DNA of 64,000 nt from Octopus sinensis (Eukaryota), in contig NC_043014.1 in NCBI RefSeq assembly GCF_006345805.1, forward strand, positions 38,874,001 to 38,938,000, written 5' to 3'. Positions within the stretch are counted from its first letter, which is position 1; every line of letters starts with the position of its first letter. The notes under the pieces were generated by a model that searched no databases, was not told where the DNA came from, and was given only the letters and a program-made list of their open reading frames with translations. A program made the translations under genes and the position numbers. Below are positions 1 to 12,022 of this stretch, one piece after another.

Positions 1-400
1 TAGAACTGAACCATATTTTCTGCAGTTGAGTAAAAGGACACATTTTAAACTTCACTAGGAATTACCACCGAAAAGCGGTCATTTATTTGACATGTATTCA
101 GATACACTCAGTTCCCTCAAAAAGCCTTTGATATCACTGCAAAGCACTAGGCTGTGAGTTTTTTTGTTTGTTTGTTTTTTTCCTTTAGCAATTAAGAGAA
201 TAAAACGTAATCATGGTTCCAGAATGATGTGGATTAATTTTAATTCAACTTGAACGTCAGCAGTTTAGAAGAGGTTAATATCCCCGGTTAGATCTGTCGC
301 GAACTCTAGTGAACTTCCTCTCTCTATTATACATACATACATTCGAACGTAGTAGATAACAGCTAACCTTCGGCCGCTGTTTAGACCGCGTTGTGTTCAC

Positions 401-500
401 CACACTGATTGGTTGGTATTGGCGCAATTTGTCTCTTACTCTATCGAGCGCCAATATGCAACCTAACCAATTACAGCCTCCAAATAAATCACGTGAGATA
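401..500. promoter_or_regulatory. Candidate promoter: four CCAAT boxes in inverted symmetry plus an E-box
   Basis: ATTGG at 408 and 418, CCAAT at 451 and 467, CACGTG at 490-495, in a relatively CpG-rich non-repetitive stretch; function is inferred. Confidence 0.3.
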
Positions 501-684
501 GTCTGTTCTAAGTTACAATTCTGAGCCTATCGTTAGCTATAAAAACACAACTTTCTTGAGGTTTTGTTGGTTCTAGACCGTTTAATATCTGACCATTGAC
601 CACACAACAGCCAGTTCCAGCGACGACGCCAGACAGCACCCGTCCAACAGCCTTACAGCGACCTCCATCCTTGTCGCCACCATT

Positions 685-762
685 ATGTCTCTCACCAACG
701 TCGTCAACGGCATCTCTACACAGCACCAACAACATTGCACAGGTTCTAACATAATGCTGTTC
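685..762 (+). CDS. Candidate first coding exon (MSLTNVVNGISTQHQQHCTGSNIMLF), unknown product
   Basis: ATG at 685, 26 codons, then GTGAGC donor-like site at 763; unique sequence downstream of the CCAAT cluster; no homology recognised. Confidence 0.2.
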
Positions 763-1560
763 GTGAGCTTTCTCACCATGGTTAACAGCAAACATACAAT
801 CCACGCAGATGCATGTAGATATATGAATAAATATTCATCAACCATTTCCATTTATCATTCAGCTTGTATATATACGTGTGGCCGGCATTAAAGATATTTA
901 AAGTTATCACCTTGTTCCATGTATTTCTTTATACCGTGTTCCTGTCAAATGATATTACAGCCTTCTGAGTAGAGTCACATTAGATGGCTCCACAAGCTAT
1001 CCTTCTATAGATCATTCAGTTCAAGTTAGGTTTCACATGCAGATTAATGTAAAAGAGTAGAACTAAGTGACTGAAATCCCATAAGTTCATAATATTTATG
1101 AAAACTAAGCAGGGAACGTACATCTAGCTTTTTTTACCGTTTCAATTTATTTAGTTACATGTACACGTACAGATAAGATGTGAATAGAGCATTACTCATT
1201 CCGCAGTGTCACCCGAATCTCTTCTCAGTGAACATCCACTTCCTTTCGGTAGTCTATCTCAGGAAGCTCTCGTCGTTGAATTAAAAAAAAATTTAAAGAA
1301 TAGTTCGCAACTATATACGTGGCCTAAACTAAAATAGGAAGTCTGCCTATCGGATATCAAGTGGACGTTAAACGATGACGATGATGATGATGATGAGATA
1401 TATATATATATATATGTATGTATGTATGTATATATGTATATATAGGTGCTGGAGTGGCTGTGTGGTAAGAAGCTTGCTTCCCAACCACATAGTTCTGGGT
1501 TCAGTCCCACTGCATGACACCTTGGGCAAGTGTCTTCTGCTACATGCTGCGGCACGGAAT

Positions 1561-1611
1561 TTTGTCAGCGAACAGGTCGCGGTCTCAAAGCGACGAAAAT
1601 ATTTTGGCAAA
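1561..1611 (+). ncRNA. Hammerhead-like motif, G3:C8 core variant (copy 1)
   Basis: TTTGTCA-GCGAACA-G-GTCGC(9-nt loop)GCGAC-GAA-AATATT-T-TGGCAAA: helices I and II pair, helix III is palindromic; this copy has U4C. Confidence 0.55.
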
Positions 1612-1802
1612 TTAAATTTAAATGTGGTTTTTCACTCATGTTCGTAGTTGGGTATGTTGCAACGGTCTATCTTCAGAAATGCTCATACTGGCAGAATTTT
1701 GGTATAAGGACTCTCACAACTTTTTTTTTTTTAAATTCCGAAAATTTTTGCGAATTTGTAATCTACGTGCAGGAATTCATACGATTATATATATATATTG
1801 AC

Positions 1803-2121
1803 TCCAGTGCGTAACTGGTACTTATTTAATCGACCCCGAAAGGATGAACGGCAAAGTTGAACTCAGAACGTAACGGCAGACGAAATACCTATTTCTTTAC
1901 TACCCACAAGGGGCTAAGCACAGAAGGAACAAACAAGGACAGACACACGGATTAAGTCGATTATATCGACCCCAGTGCGTAACTGGTACTTATTTAATCG
2001 ACCCCATAGGAAGAAAGGCAAAGTTGACCTCGGCAGAATTTGAACTCAGAACGTAACGGCAGACGAAATACGGCTACGCATTTCGCCCGGCGTGCTAACG
2101 ATTCCGCCAGCTCGCCGCCTT
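1803..2121 (-). mobile_element. tRNA-derived SINE family A, dimeric form
   Basis: Reverse complement of head GGCGGCGAGCTGGC..GAGTTCAAATT (A/B boxes); internal junction at about 1885. Confidence 0.85.
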
Positions 2122-3000
2122 AATCGGAAGAAATATTGCAAGAAATTTATTCTGATGCTCTGACGATTCTACCGCCTCAATATTTTTTTTCAATAAAAAG
2201 GTAGCCAACTGGTAGAAGTATTAGCACGCCAGGCATAATGCTTAGCGGCATTTCGTCCGTCTTCACGTTCTGAATTCGAATTCCGCCGAGGTCGGCTTTG
2301 CTTTTCATCCTTCCAGATTCGGTAAAATAAGTACCAGTCAAGCAATAGCGGCGATCCTTTGGTATAGATACCGTAAGTACCGAAAGTGGCTTTGTTTACA
2401 TTTCTGAAGATAACAGAAAACCTTTTCTCCCACCCCTAACCCTAACACAAACCCTACCTCTAACCTCCCCATATATATACACTTTCTTGAAATGTATCCG
2501 GTACTTCCAGTACCTATACCGAAGTTACGCCGCAAATAGCGTCGATATAATCGACTTACCCACTGCCACACACTTGCTGACTCGGTACCAAAATTTGAAG
2601 CCGATAATTTCTTAATAATTAATATAAATAAATGAGTAAAGCAGTCTAGTGTGTTTGGTAGCGACAAGTTAATGTTTGTGAGTGGGAAGTAAACGAGGAA
2701 GCGTTGCGAAGAGGTCAGACTGTAAAAAGATACGAGCGATGTTATGTGAGGCGTGTTCTTTAGGAATGCCAAACAACTGACAGAATGAATGAAGGTAAAG
2801 TGAAAACAGTCTAAACAAGTGGTTTTGTCTATGGAAGAACGTCCGTACTCAGAACACAAATAGTGTACTTCCGTTTAAAACTTTCTTCGAATGTCACGGC
2901 CCTTTAGCTTTTGTTGTTTTTGTTTTTGAATTCGTCGTTCGTTATCAATTTAGACTCGCTTAGCCGGTAGAGACAGTGGTCATGAGTAATCTATGAGCAA

Positions 3001-3049
<49 letters not shown>

Positions 3050-3118
3050 GTAAGAAAGAGCGTGAGCATTCCAAAAAGGAAAAAAAATGAAGAGATGTGG
3101 ATTGTATGTTTTTGAAGG

Positions 3119-3620
3119 TGGAGGCGCATGGCTTAGTGGTTAGGGTGTCAGCATCATGATCGTAAGATTGTGGTTTTGATTCCTGGACAAGGCGATGCGT
3201 TGTGTTCTTGAGCAAAACACTTCATTTCACGTTGCTCCAGTCCACTCAACTGGCAAAAATGAGTAACGCTGCGATGGATTGGTGTCCCGCCCAGCTGGGG
3301 AACACATACGCCATTGAAACTGGGAAACCAGGCCCATGAGCCTAGCTAGGCTTTAAAAGGGCGCATTTGTGAAGGCATGTGACTTAGTGGTTAGGGTGTC
3401 AGCACCATGATTGTAAGATTGTGGTTTGGATTCCTGAACCGGGCAACGCATTGTGTTCTTGAGCAAAACACTTCATTTCACGTTGCTCCAGTCCACTCAG
3501 CCTGCAAAAATGAGTAATGCCTGCGATGGACTGGCGTCCTGTCCAGCTGGGGAACACATATGCCATTGAAACTGGGAAACCGGGCCCATAAGCCTGGCTA
3601 GGCTTTAAAAGGGCGCATTT
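3119..3620 (+). mobile_element. Two tandem copies of tRNA-derived SINE family D
   Basis: GGAGGCGCATGGCTTAGTGGTTAGG head and AAAAGGGCGCATTT tail, repeated at about 3119 and about 3369. Confidence 0.85.
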
Positions 3621-3912
3621 ATTTTTATTATTTATGTTTTTGAGGAATGTGACTGACAAAAAAGGAAGACCTAGAGAGGTTGTATATGGGTACGAGGTCC
3701 AACACACGGCCCTGTTTAACACCACTACCTCTTGGTCCTTGGATGTTTTTAGTGATAGTTCATTCTGTTGTAAACATTCGAGCCGCTCCCTGTTCATACT
3801 TTATTTTTGTGATGCACTAAGATAGGGTGCTCCATTTTCAACTCTCTGGATATGTCATGGGTCCTGGTTCTAACGGTCACCTGACTATCATTGAAAGAGT
3901 AGAAACCTCACA

Positions 3913-4326
3913 GGCGCAGGAGTGGCTGTGTGGTAAGTAGCTTGTTTACCTACCAACCACATGGTTCCGGGTTCAGTCCCACTGCGTAACACCTTGGGCA
4001 AGTATCTTCTACTATAGCCTTGCGCCGACCAAAGCGTTGTGAGTGGATTTGGTAGACGGAAATTGAAAGAAGCCCGTCGTATATATGTATATATATGTGT
4101 GTATGTGTGTGTGTATTTATGTGTTTGTGTTTGTCCCCCAACATCGCTTGACAACTGATGCTGGTGTGTTTATGTTCCCGTAACTTAACAGTTCAGCAAA
4201 GAGACCGATAGAATAAGTACTAGGCTTACAAAGAATAAGTCCTGGGGTTGATTTGCTCGACTAAAGGCGGTGCTCCAGCATGACCACAGTCAAATGACTG
4301 AAACAAGTAAAAGAGTAAAAGAGTAA
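3913..4326 (+). mobile_element. Full-length tRNA-derived SINE family B
   Basis: GGCGCAGGAGTGGCTGTGTGGTAAG head, GGTTCAGTCCC B-box, internal (TA/TG) tract, GAAACAAGTAAAAGAG tail. Confidence 0.9.
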
Positions 4327-4789
4327 AACCGTGAATAGTATGTATGGTGTGTGTGTGTTATATGTGTGTGTGTATTATATATATGTATGTGTGTATTATA
4401 TGTGTGTGTGTGTATTACATATGCGGGTGTGTGTCTGTGTGTGAGAGTTAATCTTATCAAAATTCATTAAAATACGAAATCAAAGCACTGAGCAAGGATG
4501 TGTATAAATATGAACTTGTTACCAGTTCAAATATACTTAAGGAATATTCAGACCTGTAAGAAAGTCATTTACATATCTTTTATCTGTCTACTTGTATCGG
4601 TCATTAGACTGCGGCCAGGCTGGGGCACTACCTTGATGAGTTTAGTCAAACAAACCAATACCAGTACCTATTTTTTAAGCCTGATACTTACCTATTCTAT
4701 GAGTCTCTTTTGTTGAACTGCTAATTTATGGGGATGTAAATAAACCAACACCGGGTGGGTGACAAGCACAAAGACACACACACAAACAT

Positions 4790-5045
4790 AGGTGGCACAT
4801 AAAAAGCACCATTTGAGCGTGGCCATTGCCAGTATTGCCTGACTGGCCCTCGTGCCGGTGGCATGTAAAAGCACCCACTACACTCTCTGAGTGGTTGGCG
4901 TTAGGAAGGGCATCCAGCTGTAGAAACTCTGCCAGATCAGATTGGAGTTTGGTGCAGCCATCTGGTTTGCCAGACCTCGATCAAATTGTCCAACCCATGC
5001 TAGCATGAAAAGTGGAAGTTAAACTATGACGATGATGATGATGAT
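4790..5045 (+). mobile_element. RTE-LINE 3' UTR fragment with (GAT)n tail
   Basis: GGCGTTAGGAAGGGCATCCAGC..CCAACCCATGCTAGCATG..(GAT)n; the same tail lies beside RTE coding sequence at 53240-53745. Confidence 0.75.
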
Positions 5046-5199
5046 GAGATATATATATGTATGTATGTATATATGTATATATAGGTGCTGGAGTGGCTGT
5101 GTGGTAAAAAGCTTGCTTCCCAACCACATAGTTCTGGGTTCAGTCCCACTGCATGACACCTTGGACAAGTGTCTTCTGCTACATGCTGCAGCACAGGAT

Positions 5200-5250
5200 T
5201 TTGCCAGTGAACAGGTCGCGGTCTCAAAGCGACGTAAATATTTTGGCAAA
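5200..5250 (+). ncRNA. Hammerhead-like motif, G3:C8 core variant (copy 2)
   Basis: TTTGCCA-GTGAACA-G-GTCGC..GCGAC-GTA-AATATT-T-TGGCAAA; perfect 7-bp helix I; A13U lesion in this copy. Confidence 0.55.
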
Positions 5251-5426
5251 TTAAATTTAAATGTTGAAGTGAATCTAATGGTTTTTATGTGTTTCTTAAA
5301 TGGCTTATAAAAACCTTCCATGCTGCAACTGTTTTCGTTCCAGCACACAATCTCAGATCAGGTCACTTGCTATGCAAGTAAATCTCCGTAATATATATAT
5401 ATACATAGACTGAAAGAAGCCCATCT

Positions 5427-5458
<32 letters not shown>

Positions 5459-6081
5459 TGTGTGTGTTTGTCCCCTACCACTGATTGACAACCAGTGTTG
5501 GTGTGTTTATATCCCCATAACTTAGGAGTTTGGCAAAAGAGACCAACAGAATAAGTACCAGGCTTTGAAAAAAATAATAATTAGTAATGGGGCCAATTCA
5601 TTCAACTAAAATTCTTCAAGGCAATGCCCCAGCATGACCGCAGTCTAATGAGTGAAACAAGTAAAAGATAAAAGATAATTAAAACAATGATGATGATGAT
5701 GATGATGATGATGTATTCTAGAAGCAACCAGCCCTGGCTTCTTTCTAACATAAAAATGTTGGAACAATAGAGAGGCTCAATTGTTTTTCGAGGGTTAAAA
5801 CTACTTTTCGAAAAGTTGCAAAATCTCAGAAACATAGAAATTTGTATTAATCTGTTAAAAATTTATAAACGGTTTCTTTTCCCAGAATAGTAAAATATAG
5901 AAAACAGTTTGTTTGCACTCTTATCTATGTGACAAGGAAGACAATGTGATAACTTCTCATTATAGCTTTTCTAATCTTTAAGACAAGGACACTCGTATTT
6001 TTATACAGGAATGTGAAGCTGTGATCATTTGAAAGAGAATAGATATAATATCTAAGGCAAAAGAGTAAGTAACGTCTTATA

Positions 6082-6496
6082 AGGCGGCGAGCTGGCAGAA
6101 ACGTTAGCACGCCGGGCGAAATTCGTAGCCGTATTTCGTCTGTCGTTACGTTCTGAGTTCAAATTCCGCCGAGGTCGACTTTGCCGTTCATCCTTTCAGG
6201 GTCGATAAATTAAGTACCAGTTACGCACTGTGGTCGATGTAATCGACTTAATCCGTGTGTCTGTCCTTGTTTGTCCCCTCTGTGTTTAGCCCCTTGTGGG
6301 TAGTAAATAAATAGGTATTTCATCTACCGCTACATTCTGAGTTCAAATTCTGTCGAGGTCGACTTTACCTTTCATCCTTTCGGAGTCGATAAATTAAGTA
6401 CCAGTTACGCACTGGGGTCGATGTAATCGACTTAATCCATGTGTCTGTCCTTGTTTGTCCCCTCTGTGTTTAGCCCCTTGTGGGTAGTAAATAAAT
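6082..6496 (+). mobile_element. SINE family A, dimeric form
   Basis: Head at 6082; body repeated after the AAATAGGTATTTC junction at about 6310. Confidence 0.9.
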
Positions 6497-6539
6497 ATAT
6501 AACCTGTGTTGTTTGGTGTGGTACATAAGTTGTAGTCAT

Positions 6540-7010
6540 CATCATCGTCATCATTTAGCATCTGTTTTCCATGCTAGCATGGATTAGATGGTTTGACCAG
6601 GGCTGGTAACCTGGAGAGCTGCACCAGGCTCAAGTCATCTGTTTTGGCTTGTTTTCCACAGCTGGATGCCCTTCCTAATGCCAACCACTCTACAGAGTGT
6701 ACTGGGTGTCGTTTTTGTTTCATGTCATTGGGTGGATGCTCTTTTACATGTCACCAACATGGCTGCCTTTTACGTGTCACCAGCACAGGTCCCCTTTATC
6801 ATGTCACCAACACGGGTGCCCTTTTATGTGTCACTGGCACAGGTGCCCTTTTACATGTCACCAGCATGGGTGCCTTTTTACATGACATCAGCACAGGTCC
6901 CCTTTGTCATATCACCAGCATGGCTGCCCTTTTACGTACCACCGGCATGGGTATGATTTTATGTGTCACCAGCACAGCTGCCCTTTTACATGTCACCAAC
7001 ATGGGTGCCT
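6540..7010 (-). repeat. RTE 3' UTR fragment with about 11 copies of a ~27-bp unit
   Basis: Degenerate TTTTACATGTCACCAGCACAGGTGCCC units at about 6720-7010, adjoining the RTE tail. Confidence 0.8.
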
Positions 7011-7384
7011 CCTCCTCCTCCTCCTCCTCCTCCTCCTCCTCCTTCTTCTTCTTCTTCTTCTTCTTCTTCTTCTCTTCTTCTTCTTCTTCTTCTTCTTCTT
7101 CTTCTTCCAATCAGGACTCAAGCCATTAGCCACAAAGAATAATCTCTAATTCGATCCTACTCTAAACTACTAAGAATGTGTGTGGCAACTTGAAGATCCA
7201 TTCACCACACGGGATAGACAGGTGGTTGCACGGGCGCAAAAGCTACATTGTTATCCTCATTCCGTAAACGGTGGCTTTTGACGGGTGGGGAGCTGAACCA
7301 TCCTGGGGTACAGAGGATTCGCAATCTAGACTTGGGTCTGAAAGTTTACCACACCACAGTGGGTTACACCATGGTTCCTCTGCT

Positions 7385-7584
7385 TTGTGGCAGAAGTAGG
7401 AAGAAAGAGTGAGAGTAAGTTGTGGTGAAAGAGTACAGCGGGGTTCACCACCAACCCCCACCGGAGCCTCATGGAGCTTAGGTGTTTTTACTCAATAAAC
7501 ACTCACAATACTCGGTCTGGGAATCGAAACCGCATTCTTACAACCGCGAGTCCGCTGCCCTAACCACTGGGCCATTGCACCTCC
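7385..7584 (-). mobile_element. tRNA-derived SINE family C (partial)
   Basis: Reverse complement of GGAGGTGCAATGGCCCAGTGGTTAGGGCAGCGGACTCGCGG..TTTCGATTCCC. Confidence 0.8.
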
Positions 7585-7959
7585 ACTAGCTGTTATTGTT
7601 GGTAGTGGTGATGGTGGCAGTGATAAGGATGATGATGATGATAACAATAGTATTTGGTGATGATGTTGTTTGAAGGTGGTGGTGGTGGTGGTAATTAAAA
7701 TTGAAACTGATTCAGTTTTTCCTATATTAAAAAGACTAAATACTTTATTTGTTGTATATTACACACTAATCAACACATTTTATTTATTTATTTATTTATT
7801 TATTTATTTTTCCAGAAGAGACTTCGTTACTTATGGCTGACAATTTACACCACCGAAGATAAACCATCAAATAAATTGGACTGACAAACAATAATTAAAT
7901 CTGGAGCATTCATTAATTAACCAGCCAGCTACATGTAATTTGTGAACACACACATGTTT

Positions 7960-8044
7960 ATGTCTGTATGTTTGCATGTATATACATATGTTTGTATGCA
8001 TGCATGTATGCATGTATGTATGTATGCATGTATGTAGGTATGTG

Positions 8045-8076
<32 letters not shown>

Positions 8077-8560
8077 TGTATGTATGTATGTATGTATGTA
8101 TGTAGGTATGCATGTATGTATGTAGGTATGCATGTATGTATGTGGGTATGTGTGTATGTAGGTATGCATGTATGTATGTATGTATGTATGCATGTATGTA
8201 TGTATGTATGCATGTATGTATGTGGGTATGTGTGTATGTATGTATGTATGTATGTATGTAGGTATGCATGTATGTATGTAGGTATGCATGTATGTATGTG
8301 GGTATGTGTGTATGTATGTATGTATGTATGTATATATGTATGTATGCATGTATGTATGTATGTATGTAGGTATGCATGTATGTATATAGGTATGCATGTA
8401 TGTATGTGGGTATGTGTGTATGTATCTAGGTATGCATGTATGTATGTATGTAGGTATGCATGTATGTATGTAGGTATGTGTGTATGTATGTATGTATGTA
8501 TGTATGTATGTATGTAGGTATGCATGTATGTATGTAGGTGTGTGTGTATGTATGTGTGTG
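7960..8560. repeat. Compound (TATG/CATG/TAGG)n microsatellite
   Basis: Direct reading; accounts for the HTYI/MYVC ORFs. Confidence 0.95.
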
Positions 8561-8869
8561 TATATGAATGAATGGGTGAAAGCATGTGTGTGAGAGAGAG
8601 TGTGAAAGAGAGTGAAATTCAGTGAGTGAGTGACAGTGAAAGAGTGTGAGTATGCAGGTGTATGTGAGTGAGTGCATGTACCTTTGTGTGTGCATGTGTG
8701 TGTGAATGTGTGTATGTGTATGTGTGTGCGCATGCAGGTGAATGAGTGTACATACTATCATCATTTAAACATCTGTTTTCCATGCTCTGATGAATTGAAC
8801 AGACACACTTACCTAGATATCAACGCACGCATGTGTGCACACACACACACACAATATATATATATATAT

Positions 8870-9061
8870 ATATATGCCATGATAGATCGTTAGCCACTAC
8901 ACACATTTTTTTCTCTCCTTGTTTTTTCTGTGTCCCTTTCTGTAGAAGAGCATAGGCTCGAAACATAAAATACTTTTTCTATTCCTGAGCGTTATACTAA
9001 TACATCAGTTTGTTTTGTACACCACCTGTCTTTGTCTTTTGTTTTTTTCGTAAACTCTCCC

Positions 9062-9062
<1 letters not shown>
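8870..9062 (+). mobile_element. PLE terminal-repeat-like fragment with degenerate hammerhead motif (8935-8972)
   Basis: Homologous to 61880-62105; CCTTT-CTGTAGA-A-GAGCATAGGCTC-GAA-ACAT-A; flanked by (TA)n. Confidence 0.65.
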
Positions 9063-9111
<49 letters not shown>

Positions 9112-9241
9112 TTCAGCAAAAATTTACATTCAAATGAATATGGTACTTAATTTAGATGCACCAGAATTCTGTATGGTGTTATCCATAAAAATCCGTGGGG
9201 TGATTATAATCAAAATAAGCAACAAGAATGCCTCCGGTAAT

Positions 9242-9327
9242 TTGGTACGATCGTTTCGTACTGCATCATTTTATTAAATGTTGTAAGTATTACAACAGTT
9301 TTAAAATGCTGAGCACTGATCAGCCAA
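9242..9327 (-). ncRNA. Hammerhead-like motif with extended helix II
   Basis: Minus strand TTGG-CTGATCA-[59-nt hairpin]-GAA-ACGATCGT-A-CCAA; the inverted copy at about 9377 reads CTGATGAG. Confidence 0.6.
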
Positions 9328-9415
9328 TTATAGAGGTTTTAATGGAAGAGGTTTAATGGAAAACCTCTATAATTGGCTGATGAGATTACCGGAGTCATTC
9401 TTGTTGCTTATTTTG

Positions 9416-9465
<50 letters not shown>

Positions 9466-9998
9466 GCACACCTAAATACATAATATTCATTTCAAATTTT
9501 AGCACAACGCCAGCGAGTTTGGTGGGTGAAGGTTAATCAATCATACTTATTTTATTGATCCTGAAAGAATGAAAGGCAAAGTTGACCTAAGCAGAATTTG
9601 AACTCAGAGCATAAAGACAGACAAAATGCCGTAAAGTATTTTACTCATGTGTTAGCAATTCTGTCAGCTTGCTGCCTTCACCTACATACCTAATACTGAC
9701 TTCAAATTTTTGCACAAGGCCAGCAATTTCGAAGGAAGGGTTAAGTTGATTGCATCGACCCCAGTACTCAACGGGTACTTATTTTATCAACCCCAAAAGG
9801 ATGAAGGGCAAAATCGACCTTGGTGGAATTTGAACTCAGAACCTGAAGATGGACATAATGCCTCTCAGCATTTCACCCGGCATGCTAATGACTCTGCCAG
9901 CTCACTGCCTTATATTGACTTCATATTTTGGTACAAGGCAAGCAAGTTGGGGAGCTGTGGGCAGTTAATTACATCAACCCCAGTGCTCAACTGGTATT

Positions 9999-10553
9999 TA
10001 TTTTGTAGTAAAGATTGTTTGCCAACATAACATAGCAGTCCTGGTTTAGGACGAGGTTACAGTAATTTAGCCCCAGGAGACATCGTCTGCAGCTGGCTAT
10101 ACAACACGATCTGTGTCCTTATATTTTCGAAATATATAAAGAATCAGGTGGAGACGCAATGGCCCAGTGGTTAGGGCATTGGACTCACGGTCGTAGGATT
10201 GTGGTTTCGATTCCCAGACCGGGCATTGTGAGTGTTTATTGAGCAAAAACACCTAAAAAGCTCCACAAGGCTCTGGCAGAGGGTGGTGGCGGTCCCTGCT
10301 GTACTCTTTCACCACAACTTTCTCTCACTCTTTCTTCTGTTGACCTGCTCGCTTAGCTAAAACAATGCAAAGCACATTGTGACCAGCAATGTGTAACAAC
10401 ATCTGATAGCCTGATCATAAAAAAAATAATAAGGATGCAAACTGTGTCATATAGCCAGCTGGAGACGATGTTTCCTGGGGCTAAATTACAGCAACATTAG
10501 TCCTAAACCAGGACTACCATGTTATGTTGGCAAACAATCTTTACTACAAAATA
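9999..10553. mobile_element. Palindromic MITE with a family C SINE inserted at its centre
   Basis: Inverted arms of about 125 bp (about 9999-10125 and 10428-10553); SINE at about 10149-10410. Confidence 0.75.
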
Positions 10554-10803
10554 CTGTTGCTGAATATCTCACATTGTAAGATTTAGAAATAGTAATTTTC
10601 TGGTACTTATTTTATTGACCCCAAAAGGACTGGCAGAATTTGAACTCAGAACTCAGAATCTAAAGATGGACGAAATGCCACTTAGCATTATTGTTTATAT
10701 TTAGAATTACATATATATGAGGGTACCAGAATATTTTTAAGTGGTTAAGCCTCTATGGGTCTTAATCCAGCTCTGATTACATATGTGATATACATATAAT
10801 ATA

Positions 10804-12009
10804 CAGGGTTGGCCAAAAGTCACTCCACAGTAAATCAAAATTCCATAAATACTTAATATTCAGTTTTATTTATTCATTCTTTTGTGGAAGATGCCCCCAG
10901 GTGAGAAGTGGGCTGATCCACTACTAATAAATAGTGGACTGACATAGTCAGTAGTGTCAGTCAGCAAGGTACACTGTTCAGGCCAGTCCCGCAGAGACAA
11001 TGAGGATTCATAGCTCACACAGTCACTGATATATAGTTGTAGGACATAAAAGTGGCAACAAGAATGAGATCTAAGATCACCATCCACTGACAAGTGAGAC
11101 CATAACCCGTGGCCTCTACCTGGGGTGTAGCCAGTCCACTTATGCATACCTTTCCTTCTTGGGACACAAACTCTACTTGTGAAGACCTGTTGAGGCAAGT
11201 GAAAATCAAAATCAAAATTGAAATCGATCAACATCAATGGAAATTGTAGCTGTGATAGCAGTGCCAGTGGCACATAAGAGAACCATCAGAACGTGGCCGT
11301 TGCCAGCGCCGCCCCGACTGGCCTCCGTGCTGGTGGCATGTAAAAAGCACCATCCGATCATGGCCGTTGCCAGCCTCACCCGGCCTCCGTGCCGGTGGCA
11401 TGTAAAAAGCACCATCCGATCGTGGCCATTGCCAGCCTCGCCTGGACTCGTGCCGGTGGCGCGTAAAAAGCACCATCCGATCATGGCCGTTTGCCAGCCT
11501 CATCTGGCACCTGTGCCGGTGGCATGTAAAAATCACCCACTACACTCATGGAGTGGTTGGCGTTAGGAAGGGCATCCAGCCGTAGAAACATTGCCAGATC
11601 AGACTGGAGCCTGGTGAAGCCTTCTGGCTTCCCTGACCCCAGTCGAACCGTCCAACCCATGCTAGCATGGAAAGCGGACGCTAAACGATGATGATGATGA
11701 TGATGGATCAGGAAAAGGTGTCCTCACACATACAGCCAATCAATTACAGCACTGGGGGACTATCTTATTAATTACGATTTCAAAATGTATGTATGTATGT
11801 ATGTATGTATGTATGTATGTATTTTTGCCTTTGAAGAAATTGTGACAACACATTCCAGATATGAATGTTTACAAGGACATCAGTTTGAACAATTTTCATG
11901 ATGTTTCATATTTAGATGCATTTATTAAATTCATTCAGTTGTTAAACATAAATAAATCTTGGAACTAAATGGTTTTTATTCACTGTCAGGTGACTTTTGG
12001 CCAACCCTG
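10804..12009 (-). mobile_element. Internally deleted Tc1/mariner element carrying an RTE-tail insertion
   Basis: 20-bp TIRs CAGGGTTGGCCAAAAGTCAC / GTGACTTTTGGCCAACCCTG; left TA flank, right CA. Confidence 0.8.
11285..11705 (+). repeat. RTE 3' UTR fragment with about 5 tandem ~57-bp units and (GAT)n tail
   Basis: Repeated GTGCCGGTGGCATGTAAAAAGCACCATCCGATC..GCCAGCCTC. Confidence 0.8.
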
Positions 12010-12022
12010 CAGATGTATTATA

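Noticed and set aside
7867-8764. Long ORFs (288, 218 and 153 aa)
   Set aside because: Translations of the (TATG)n microsatellite; no real coding content.
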